This document shows, in pieces, positions 53,095 through 64,000 of a stretch of DNA of 64,000 bases. Position 1 is the first letter of the stretch; each line of letters starts with the position of its first letter. Both the position numbers and the translations under genes were made by a program. The stretch is from Octopus vulgaris (lineage: Eukaryota), in NCBI GenBank assembly GCA_951406725.2, contig OX597815.1, positions 203,670,001 to 203,734,000 of the forward strand, read 5' to 3'. The notes beneath the pieces were generated by a model. That model was not told the origin of the DNA. It did not search any database and saw nothing but the letters and a program-made list of their open reading frames with translations.

Positions 53095-53784
53095 AATTAT
53101 TATTGTATTATATTTAAATAGGAAGGGGTTACTGTACTTATAGAATTTTAGTATTAAACCAAAGAGGTCGGATCCAAAGAGGTCGGATCCAAAGGATCTT
53201 CGGTCCACGCATCCGTTATATTAATGTTATAGGAGGCTTTCTAGTGCAGGTGTTTAAGTCGGTTCTCAGGCTGTTGTAGATTTTTAACTTTCCATTTTCA
53301 AATCGCTACAATGTTTCGCATTTCAATTTGGTAAGATTCCTTGTATGTCAAATAGTTTCGAGAATATTATGCTAGAATAAACCATAGTTATTGCAAAGAT
53401 TTTGCCGGAGCAAGAATTCCGATCTAGTTAATTCATCTGAGGCTAGTATGGTACAGTAAGTTGGCACAGAGGTAAGTACCCTGTAGGATTATTTATTTTA
53501 ACCATACACCGAAAGTTACTATTATTTTCGACGTATAGAGTGACAATAGGTGAGGAATATGCATTATCACTCTATTCATTCTTTAGGCTTGAATATAATA
53601 CAAGTTGAACTGCAAACTTCATTAATATTTACGGAAATTTAACCTTAAACTTAAGAAACCATTTAATATACATTATTAAAAACATTCTTAAATCAACATA
53701 ACCTCGTACCACATGCCCACTGTATTTAAAACTCTTAAATAATATCAGTGAAAGTATTTCCAATTCATTCCTAGCTATGAATCT

Positions 53785-54089
53785 TTTCTTTTGAGCCTAA
53801 TACTCACTTTATCGATCACTATTGTCGAACCGCTCGTTTATAGTGACGTAAACAAACCAACACCGGTTGTCAAACGTTGTTGGGGGACAAACACTGACAC
53901 AAACAAGCACACACGCGCATACATAGACATACAAGAGGCTTCTTTCAGTTTCCGCTAACCGAATCTACTCACAAGGCTTTAGTCAGTCTGAGGCTATAGT
54001 TGAAGACATTTGCCCGAATTGCCGCCCAGTGGTACTGAACCCGAAACCATGCGGCTGGGAAGCAAGCTCCTTGCAACCACACCGGCGCC
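53785..54089 (-). mobile_element. SINE family A, diverged
   Basis: gtcgaaccgct..gggggacaaacac..ggcttctttcagtttccg..actgaacccgaaaccatg. Confidence 0.85.
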
Positions 54090-55277
54090 ATATCTGTAAA
54101 TATGTGGTAAATGTTTATGTAACATATATATATAGTAGTGAAGAGTTTCGTTCAAGAGATTTTCCCCACGTTTTGAGTTGTAGTAAATAAATATATAACA
54201 AAATAAGGAAAATGCACACAATTTATATAATTTTTATATATTTTATGAGATAGAATATTTATATAGTCTTACCGGTTTCACGTTGCACTAATCATGACTG
54301 GGAAATTGGTGGAAATATTGAAATTCCGTAGTATCTTAAAGGAGTTTTCAGTCCATGCTGGTTGCGTGAGAGTTTGTTCGTAAATAAACTAGAATATAAA
54401 TAAGTCTAAGGGCAGGTAATTAGTGATTGTTATCATTTGAGACGGGGAAGTAATTTCTCTTTTTTAGGAGTACACTTTTTGTGGGGTACACTTTTTTGGG
54501 GGGGTAAATTTATAGTATTTATATCACGAAGTTATAAATTCATGAATTAAAATAATGAAATACAGCATGTACAAAGCTGGTAATGCGTTCATGAATTAAA
54601 ATATTTACAATAACCAAAACTGGTTGTGTATTTGACGGGAGGCTGCTCCTGACGTGGTGGGTAAATACTCTCTCAAAGCGCCTGTTGTTAAAACATCTTA
54701 GAGCCATGTATCAGTGAGATAACTCACCCTCAGTCTCATTTGGGAGTGATTGACATCGATGCTTCATCATTTGTGTGGCTTGTCAACATCATGTACCCGA
54801 CCATGATGGGAGATTCGTCATTTTGCCTGTTCATGAGTGCAAAACTCATGGAGTTTGCATGCTCATGGAGTGCAAAACCATGTGCGTGTATGCCCGGACA
54901 ATGTATACGTAAGAATAAATTTAAATATGAACTAGAAACAGCACTAGTGTAATACCATTATCAAACACGTGTACTTAACAGATAAGAAGAATGTATTTGC
55001 CGATAGGCTGTTCCTGGCAAGACGGAGAATACTCTCTTAGTTACATGATGGGGACATGCTACAAAAATGGCGAAAAATCGATGGCCATCATTTCTAGATG
55101 GGATCGATGGTGAATTACCTCTCTTGTCCATGACTGTAAGGTGTTTTAACGCCCGGCGTTTTAGGAGAATATTCTCCACCACACCAATAGCAGCCTATCT
55201 TCAAATACACGAAGGATGTACGTTCAGTATATGTGGTTCATAACGTTTGTTATACTAGTGCTGGTTCTATTTCATAT

Positions 55278-55385
<108 letters not shown>

Positions 55386-55605
55386 GTATATACATATATA
55401 CATATATATAATTCTTTAACCATCACCAGACTACTTTAATCTACTAAATGTCTTGAGTAATCTTTCAATTAAATGTCAAATTGTTTTTAGTATAATATAA
55501 AAGCAACCGCTAACACAAACGCACATACATACATACATACATACATACATACATACATACATACATACATACATACATACATACATACATACATACATAC
55601 ATACA

Positions 55606-55639
<34 letters not shown>

Positions 55640-55971
55640 CATACATACATACATATGTGCGTGTAATTGTGTGTGTGTGTGTGTGTGTGTGTATGATACA
55701 AATAAAAACTAGATGTAACATGTAAAGATCAAACAAATTAAACAAGTTTTCAGAAGCAATAACCCTTCAAACACGAATATACATCCATTAAGTATATTTC
55801 TATCTTCGATATTATTGTTTGCAGAGACGTATTCTTATACGACGCGTTGTAGCTTTCAATGCTGGGTCAAAATGCTATAGAAAATACACTGAAAAACAGT
55901 GGAGAATACACCGACAGCACAAAATTAGGACGAAGTATTGACTTGTAAACTTCTATTGCACTTGTTGCTAT

Positions 55972-56187
55972 TTTTTACTCTTTTACTCTCTTTTAATTGT
56001 TTCAGTCATTGACTGCTGGAGCACCGCCTTTAATCGAGCAACTCGACCCCGGGACTTATTCTTTTGTAAGCCCAGTACTTATTCTATCGGTCTCTTTTGC
56101 CGAACCGCTAAGGTAACGGGGACATAAATACACCAGCATCGGTTGTCAAGCAATGCTAGGGGGACAAACACAGACACACAAACACAC

Positions 56188-56239
<52 letters not shown>

Positions 56240-56401
56240 GACGGGCTTCTTTCAGTTTCCGTCTACCAAATCCACTCACAAGGCTTTGGTCGGCCCGAGG
56301 CTATAGTAGAAGACACTTACCTAAAGTGCCACGCAGTGGGACTGAACCCGGAACCATGTGGTTGGTAAACAAGCTACTTACCACACAGCCACTCCTGCGC
56401 C
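55972..56401 (-). mobile_element. SINE family A, full length, young
   Basis: Nearly the reverse complement of 63558-63982. Confidence 0.93.
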
Positions 56402-56429
56402 TATATTATGGTTGGAAAACGTAATACTA

Positions 56430-56463
<34 letters not shown>

Positions 56464-56603
56464 TATAAACAAAGGATGCTAAAAGTGTGTGAAACTATAA
56501 TAACTCTCCAGAAACCGCGTGATGAAGGAATCTGCTGCGAATGGTTCAGGTATCTTGTTTCTGTCCTGTTTGCCGTTTATGTTGTCGTCCATGTCATCTA
56601 TGT

Positions 56604-56937
56604 GAAGGCGCATGGCTGAGTCGTTAGAGCATCGAGCTTACGATCGTGAGGTTGTGAGTTCGAATCCCGACCGGTCTGCGTGTTGTGTTCTTGAGCACGA
56701 CACTTTATTTCACGCTGCTTCAGTTCACTCAGCCGCAGAAATGAGTTGCGACGTCACAGGTACCAAGCAGTATCGGCCTTTGCCTTTCCCTCGGATAACA
56801 CTAGTGTCGTGGAGAGGGGAGGTCGGTATGCATGGGCGACTGCTGGTCTTCCATAAACAACCTTGCCCGGACTTGTGCTTGGGAGAGTAACTTTCTAGGT
56901 GCAATCCCATGGTCAGTCATGACCGAAGGGGGTCTCA
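56604..56937 (+). mobile_element. SINE family D (tRNA head plus CORE-like block)
   Basis: TGGCTGAGTCGTTAG (A box), GAGTTCGAATCCC (B box), gtgttgtgttcttgagcacgacactttattt; catgtcatc on both flanks as a possible TSD. Confidence 0.85.
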
Positions 56938-56999
56938 GCATGTCATCGCTTACGTTGTGTGATCGTCTAGTTTTTCCGCATATATATATATATATATAT

Positions 57000-57370
57000 A
57001 TAGTTCAAATTTACAGAAAGCAAAGGACACAGTCAGGTGAGAGAACAACAAGTAGGTATACTAGTTTGACTCTCGGTTAAAATGCAAAAGTCTTTGAGGT
57101 TTGGAGCCTACGCTCTTGGACAGAAAAGGATGAGAGAAAAAATAGAGAGAGAACGGGAAAATAGTAGAATGTGTTTGACGGTGACAACGAAGTTTCGGCC
57201 AGATAAGCCATCTTCGGACTGTGAAACAAGTAGGCCGAAACTTCAAAATGACTGTCAAGAACATTCTTGTATGAGAACGATAAATTTGTATTCCGCAAAA
57301 GTATAGAGTAGCTCATCAGAATTGTGTAAAATTGTTTTTATTATAGCCGAGCGTATAACAAGACCTTTAT
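57000..57370 (-). mobile_element. Penelope pLTR-like fragment with several degenerate hammerhead-like motifs
   Basis: Minus strand: CTGATGAGC..GCGGAA, CCGAAGATGGC..GGCCGAAAC, and ctgtccaagagcgtaggctccaaac (similar to 6588-6615); between (TA)n tracts. Confidence 0.5.
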
Positions 57371-57459
<89 letters not shown>

Positions 57460-57504
57460 CGTTTATATATATATGTATGTATGTATGTATATATATATAT
57501 GTAT

Positions 57505-57556
<52 letters not shown>

Positions 57557-57591
57557 CACACACATACATATAATATATGTATATATATACG

Positions 57592-57624
<33 letters not shown>

Positions 57625-57627
<3 letters not shown>

Positions 57628-58092
57628 TAATCAAGAGTGCTAGATAGTACCAGCATCGCTGGAAATAAAATTTGAAAAATGCTCAAATATATCCCTAAAA
57701 AGTTAGCAGGCTGGTGAAATCGAGGACCGATTAAAAATATTGAACATACGAGTACATAAATCCCCAATTAGCAATCCTGAATACAGGAAAATACCTCTCA
57801 GCGGCCGCATAGACAGGTGTGCGTCAAATGAAAATCCAACATTCACAACTTTCCCAATTTACCAATTCAATAACAATGTAACTTTCACTCAACGTCATAA
57901 CAAAGACTCCATTACATTAGAAAATCCGGACCAAGTCTAAACACCCTGGGCCAGGAACATTAAAACCATATATTGGTTATTCAAAAAGAAAACGGGAATT
58001 CTACAACAACCACCACTAACACTACCACCACGATCACTACTACTACTGAAAACAACGGTCTCTGCTACTGCTGCTATTACAGCCACTACTAT

Positions 58093-58136
<44 letters not shown>

Positions 58137-58450
58137 TAGCCAATGAACTACTGCTACAACTCCAGCCACCCCCACCGCCAACACGGTCACTACTACTACT
58201 ATTACTACTACTACTACGACCAACGGTCTCTGCTACTACTGCTATTACGGCCAATGGTCACTTTCACGATCACATCCAACGATGTGGACTCTGTTGAAAC
58301 TAGTAAGAAACAATTATGAACTTTTTTTATTACACTTACCTTTTAAAAATATTTTCGATAAGGATCGATTTTTCAAGAAGAACCGAAACGTAAAATCTCT
58401 AAGAAAATTAAAATTTATCTTATATAGTGGCGTCTTCAAACTTCTTTTTA

Positions 58451-58500
<50 letters not shown>

Positions 58501-59003
58501 ACACACACAGATATACATATATGGTAAGCGTAACTATTTCTCCTTAAAGATCATGAATAGCTTCAATCGTTTTTCGAACCGTATTGGGTTCTTATCAGAG
58601 GTGTCTACAGCATTCTAACCATTCCTAGAAAATCAACTAGCCCCTCCGTTTATATACATAACAAATCATGTAGCTATAGAGGAGAGAAGCTTCTAATTTG
58701 CATATCATAAGTGTATTACACTTTATTGAATGTTTGTGGCCTGTCAATGGGCATGTCATTTCACACAGTATCAAGGTATGATATAATATGTCATCAATGC
58801 AGTACATATATATATATATATATATAATCTGGGCAAATTAGTCCTCTCTCTCTCTCTTCCTCTCTCTGTATGGTATGTTCAATATTTTTAATCGCTCCTC
58901 GATTTCGCCAGCCTGTTAACCTTTTAGTGATATAATGGTTTATTTGAGTATTTTTCGGCATATATATCTAGCGATGCTGGTACTATCTAGTACTCTTGAT
59001 TAT
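57625..59003. repeat. Inverted repeats of about 125 bp bracketing about 1.1 kb
   Basis: ataatcaagagtgctagatagtaccagcatcgct..aaaaatattgaacatac (57625-57750) mirrored at 58873-59003. Confidence 0.85.
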
Positions 59004-59164
59004 AAATTGTAATTTTACCTCTTTGGTTTTATGCTTGCTAGTCACTTATATTATTATTTTTCTTTATTAATAATGATATCTTTATTTATGTACACTCACA
59101 CACATATACACACATGTATATATCTATTTATATGTGAATATTATATATATATACACACATATTT

Positions 59165-60440
59165 AAATGGCGATTGCATCATCTTTGCAGATGATTGCAG
59201 TCTCCCCATATACCCCCATCGACTATCATTGGCTCCAGACATCTGTCCATGACCTCTTATGTGGCTTTTAAGTCCTGCATTAGACCTGCACGGTCTGCAG
59301 CAAATGTGACAGACAAAAGATGTGCCTTCTGTTGGAATTATTGGGTCAACTTGTGGGATGTCATCCTTATGTACCTTCATATGCTTTGAAGACCAGGTTT
59401 TGATTTGCAAATCCCTTTGCACACAACACGTTGGCCCATCTAGTATTGGAGGGGTAGAGCTGCATACTGTTGCCTTTTTATGTGAATTTAAATGAGTGAT
59501 GTAGCCAGATTTGGAGAGCAGTAAACGACCACACACGTCCAGCTCACTATGTTCTTATTGATAACTATGCACTTTTCAAAGTCGGCGTAAAAGTTTCGCA
59601 TAATCAAACATTCTCCAGCCTCCCTTTACATATCCTCTCCGTTTACTTCTCTTTAAAGCAAGCACTTCCCATTCCTGATCGTCAAACTGAAGATCTTTAA
59701 GGTTGCTTTTTTTATGCAATCTTTATGTCTTTTTCGTAGTTTTTGCTGAAGGCGTTTCCCAGTGTACAATTGACTGTAAAGTAGTTGTTTTGGGAGTCTT
59801 TCCGCATTCACGCGCACAACATGGCTTACCCAACGCATTTGAGAGGATATGATAGTTGATTCAATGCTCGTGCAGCCAGCATCTATAAGGATTTGTGTGT
59901 CAGGTATTTTTAGTTAACATTTGATGTTTAGGATTTCTTCTTAAACACCTTTGGTTAAAGTGTTGAAGTAAATTAAGGGACATACGATGTTTCGGAAGAG
60001 TACAACAGAGTACTTAGAATGCGGGCCTTGTACATACTAATCTTGGTCTTGATATTGATACCATGATCTCCCCATACTCTCTTTTCACAGGTGTATTTCT
60101 GCATCCAGTGAACCATCCCTTGATAATGTACTACCCAAGTAAACAAAAGTGTCGACTATACCCAACCTAGTTCTATGCACCATTATATTTCCCTTGATAT
60201 ATCCTTCCACTGGTGACGAGGTAAACATTACATTGGTATTTTTAAAAGTAATTTCCATGCCAAGGCATTACAAGATGTTGCAAAACAAAATGTCAACCTC
60301 ATCTGCAGACAAGAGTTCTCTAATTAATATTTGGAACACATTGATTTGAAATTGAACCGTCTTAGATCAAAGATCCTTCCTGTAGTTCTAATTTGCATTG
60401 GAATACCCTTTGCACAGTCCCGGACTGCATGAGTCAGCAT
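59165..60440 (-). mobile_element. 5'-truncated RTE-clade LINE with C-terminal C2H2 zinc-finger motifs; pseudogenised
   Basis: RTTGRIFDLRR..IRELLSADE; FVYLGSTLS; MRWVSHVVRV..RLPKQLLYSQL..GKR; short hairpin at the 3' end (atcatctgcaaagatgat). Confidence 0.9.
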
Positions 60441-60579
60441 CACAACAAAAACAAAAAACATACATACTATTATACAAAAATATATAGGAAGTTATACGTA
60501 TATGTGCAAATGAGTCTTAGTGCATGTTTCATGTTTAATCAGTGATATAATGTTAGCGTCCTTGAACATATGATGAAAT

Positions 60580-60970
60580 TAATATTGGTTTCAAGTTTTG
60601 GCACAAGGCCTGCAATTCTGGGGAAGAGGTTAGTCAATTACATTGACTCCAGTGCTCAACCGGTTATCTCGAATCTGGAATCATGTGATCACAAAGGGCA
60701 GTTCTTAACCACAAAGTCATGCCTATGTAATTCATAATTTAGTATCCATAATTTAGTTGAGCACTAAGGTGAGGGATAAATATCAGAAAATCGGCGGTAT
60801 CATTAGCGTGTCGGGTGAAATGCTTCGTAGTTATTAGTTACCGAGTCCTACATTTTGGGGTCAGATCCTGTCGAAATGAACCCTATATTTCATCCTTCCG
60901 GTTTCAATATAAAGATGTATGTTACTTGCTCAAATTTTGAGACCTACTGCTCTAAGTTTGAAATCAATAT
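60580..60970. mobile_element. Two diverged SINE family B pieces in opposite orientation
   Basis: aatattggtttcaagttttggcacaaggcc (-) and ttagcgtgtcgggtgaaatgctt..tttcatccttccgg..tttgaaatcaatatt (+). Confidence 0.65.
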
Positions 60971-61635
60971 TACAAGGAAGATAAACAGAAGACGCAAAAA
61001 GATAAAAATATATAGTGAAACATAAAATCCGGAGAAAATAAAGGTGGTCTGCATCATGAAATAATAATGCAAATAACCAGAAAAGCTGAACAAATTTTAT
61101 ACTAAAAGGAAGAAATCTAACACTTCAGGGAAAACCATTCCTCGGGAAAAGATGAGTATTAAAGCTGTTTGTGAATAAACATTTTAGGCGTAATGTGTGT
61201 GAGAGAAAATTCGCTATAACAGTCAAGGATACCGGAGTAGGGAGAGACAACAAGAGGAGAGGCGATATGTTATATGCATATTTTGCAAATGGCCTTTTTA
61301 ATAGCCCTTATTTAGTTTCATAAAGATTGTGAAAATGATGTTTGTATATTCAGACATATACATATTTTTATATTATTATGCTGCTCGGTATCAGTGCACT
61401 TACATCTTAAAGAATTTAAAAACATATTTTTCTTATAGTAATCTCAAAGAAATGAGTCTTACTTTAGGCGAACAAAAAGAAGATAATTCATCAAAAAATA
61501 TACAGCATTAATTAAGTGAATAAATAAGTTAATCATTGTAACATATATTACAGAAGAGCATTTATCATCATTATATTCTTTCCTGGGGGTATTTACGTTA
61601 ATAATTGAATAAAAAATAGGTTTCACGAACAACCG

Positions 61636-61777
61636 CTTCTTCTTCTTCTTCTTCTTTTTCTTCTTCTTCTTCTTCTTCTTCTTCTTCTTCTTCTTCTTCT
61701 TCTTCTTCTTCTTCTTCTTCTTCTTCTTCTTCTTCTTCTTCTTCTTCTTCTTCTTCTTCTTCTTCTTCTTCTTCTTC
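61636..61777. repeat. (TTC)n/(GAA)n trinucleotide tract, about 47 units
   Basis: Directly visible; source of the poly-K ORF. Confidence 0.97.
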
Positions 61778-61885
61778 GCGTCGTCGTCATCGAAATTGTG
61801 AAAATTTTCTATTCGTAGTTGCTGACAGCGTATGCATATCGTACATACATACATATATACATACATATATACATACATACATACA

Positions 61886-61945
<60 letters not shown>

Positions 61946-62467
61946 TTATATATATATATATATATATATATAAATATATATATATATATGAATATTTGTT
62001 ACATGGATAGGATAGATATCGTATATGAGTGTAAGCTTTTATACATACATACATAACACTGCTTAAATACCAATCTTGAGAAATCGGGCTTCTCAAAACC
62101 AGAAACGAGAAAGCTGATTCGAAGACTACAGATCCAATCCATCACTGGAACCGTAAAAATCTTTAAAACTTTCCAGAAGTTTATCATTTAAAAATATATG
62201 AGAATGTCTAGGTCTGCAACTAGCAATATATGCATGAGAATACATACATAAAGCAAAACACAAATCTATACATATAAATACATATATACAAACAAAAATA
62301 CTCTGTTGTTAATGTTGAAATTCCAATGAAGGAACCTTAGATCTACGTTAGAAACTAGTTCTTTCTCTATTGGCAAGAAATCTTGAAATGAAATTGAGCA
62401 ATGACATACATACATATATACATGCATACATACATACATACGTACATACATACATACATACATACAC

Positions 62468-62498
<31 letters not shown>

Positions 62499-63557
62499 TT
62501 CGTACACACACACACATATATATATATATGCGCGCTCGAGTGTGTGTGTGTGTGTGCGCGCGTGCGTATGTGTTGCGTGATTGTTACATCGAAGTCTCGC
62601 GTATTGCATTGATTGGTGAATTAATCTAGATAAACTGTGAATTCTCTGTCGCAATTTTTGACGCAATAAAGGTTAAGGGTCTACCTGTTATATGTAATCA
62701 CTCCACTAAAAGTGTCTGTCGCTTTTAATCTTAATTACCCAAGCGCACGTACACGTGCACACACTTATATAGTCGTTACAGGTTATGTATGTCTAAGAAT
62801 ATCTCATAATCACAGATTTAAGATGTCGAAATGTTAAATCAGAACTTTTATTAAATGCTGACACTTTGACAATTACCTACTGCAACACAGTGAGATCATG
62901 CCAACATGCCTGAATACTTAGCTTTTGTTTTACTAGGAGGAAGTAGACAATCTCTGTCTTTCCCTATTCAGTTTTAATGCACCTCTTGAAATTTTTGATC
63001 TCGCCATTTTTATAACAATAAATTTTTCAACGTTTTCAAATATGTATACTCCCATGCGCTGTGATTCATCAAAAATGTTCACACACTCACCATTTCTCTC
63101 TTTCTCTCTCCGGCCTTAACTAACTATAGCCACTGCTGACCTAAATTTAAGCAATATACTCGTTAGCTTACCGTACTCGATTCCGTATCGTATTTTTTCC
63201 TTTTTCTTCTTACCACATTTCCCTTATTTCCAAATAGCCAGATTTTTTAAATATATTTCTACAGGCCTTACGACCCAGTAAGTTCGACTGAAGGCTTTCT
63301 TTAATGTTTATTACTTATATATTATTCATATACATTTCATATATATACCACTTGCTGTAGGGAGGTTGTTCTTCCTTCTCAGTCAACAGATCAGTGCTTT
63401 GCCTGTGGCTAAGAATTGTTTTGACTCTTACTTCTAACAATGCTGGTGCTGATCTGCACCCTTAGTCACTTTATTGAAGATTGTACTTGTGCATTTTGAT
63501 TTTAAAATTGCGAATAGTCACCTTAATAATTTGTGTGTGTGTAAGAGTGTATATATA

Positions 63558-63728
63558 GGCGCAGGAGTGGCTGTGTGGTAAGTAGCTTGTTTACCAACCA
63601 CATGGTTCCGGGTTCAGTCCCACTGCGTGCCACCTTGGGCAAGTGTCTTCTACTATAGCCTCGGGCCGACCAAAGCCTTGTGAGTGGATTTGGTAGACGG
63701 AAACTGAATGAAGCCCGTCGTATATATG

Positions 63729-63761
<33 letters not shown>

Positions 63762-63982
63762 TTGTGTGTCTGTGTTTGAGTGTCTGTGTTTGTACCCCTA
63801 GCATTGCTTGACAACCGATGCTGGTGTGTTTATGTCCCCGTTACTTAGCGGTTCGGCAAAAGAGACCGATAGAATACTAGGCTTACAAAAGAATAAGTCC
63901 CGGGGTCGAGTTGCTCGATTAAAGGCGGTGCTCCAGCATGGCCGCAGTCAAATGACTGAAACAAGTAAAAAAGTAAAAGAGA
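63558..63982 (+). mobile_element. SINE family A, full length, young
   Basis: ggcgcaggagtggctgtgtggtaag...gaaacaagtaaaaaagtaaaagag. Confidence 0.95.
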
Positions 63983-64000
63983 GTATAGCTTTTAAATATA

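Noticed and set aside
57937-58254. Poly-V/S ORF resembling a membrane protein
   Set aside because: Derived from (ACT)n low-complexity sequence.

Overview
AT-rich, microsatellite-saturated eukaryotic DNA. The SINE families and repeat landscape look like an octopus (coleoid cephalopod) genome; this is inferred from recalled families, not from a search. No host protein-coding exon can be supported, and most ORFs in the track are translated (TA)n/(CA)n/(AAT)n tracts. The window is a nested set of transposable elements: at least four tRNA-headed SINE families, decayed Penelope-like (GIY-YIG/RT) retroelements with many solo or inverted terminal (pLTR) fragments, R4/Dong-, HERO- and RTE-type LINE pieces, two mariners, Tc1, a DD37E (TRT-like) element, a Chapaev3-like transposase and four Helitrons. 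The most notable hidden layer is a dispersed set of type I hammerhead-ribozyme motifs in the Penelope termini. Four have an intact CUGANGA/GAAA core; several others carry U3-A8 or C4 core variants. Nearly all have a tiny palindromic stem III, and several sit in head-to-head inverted repeats among (TA)n tracts. All structures were paired by eye.
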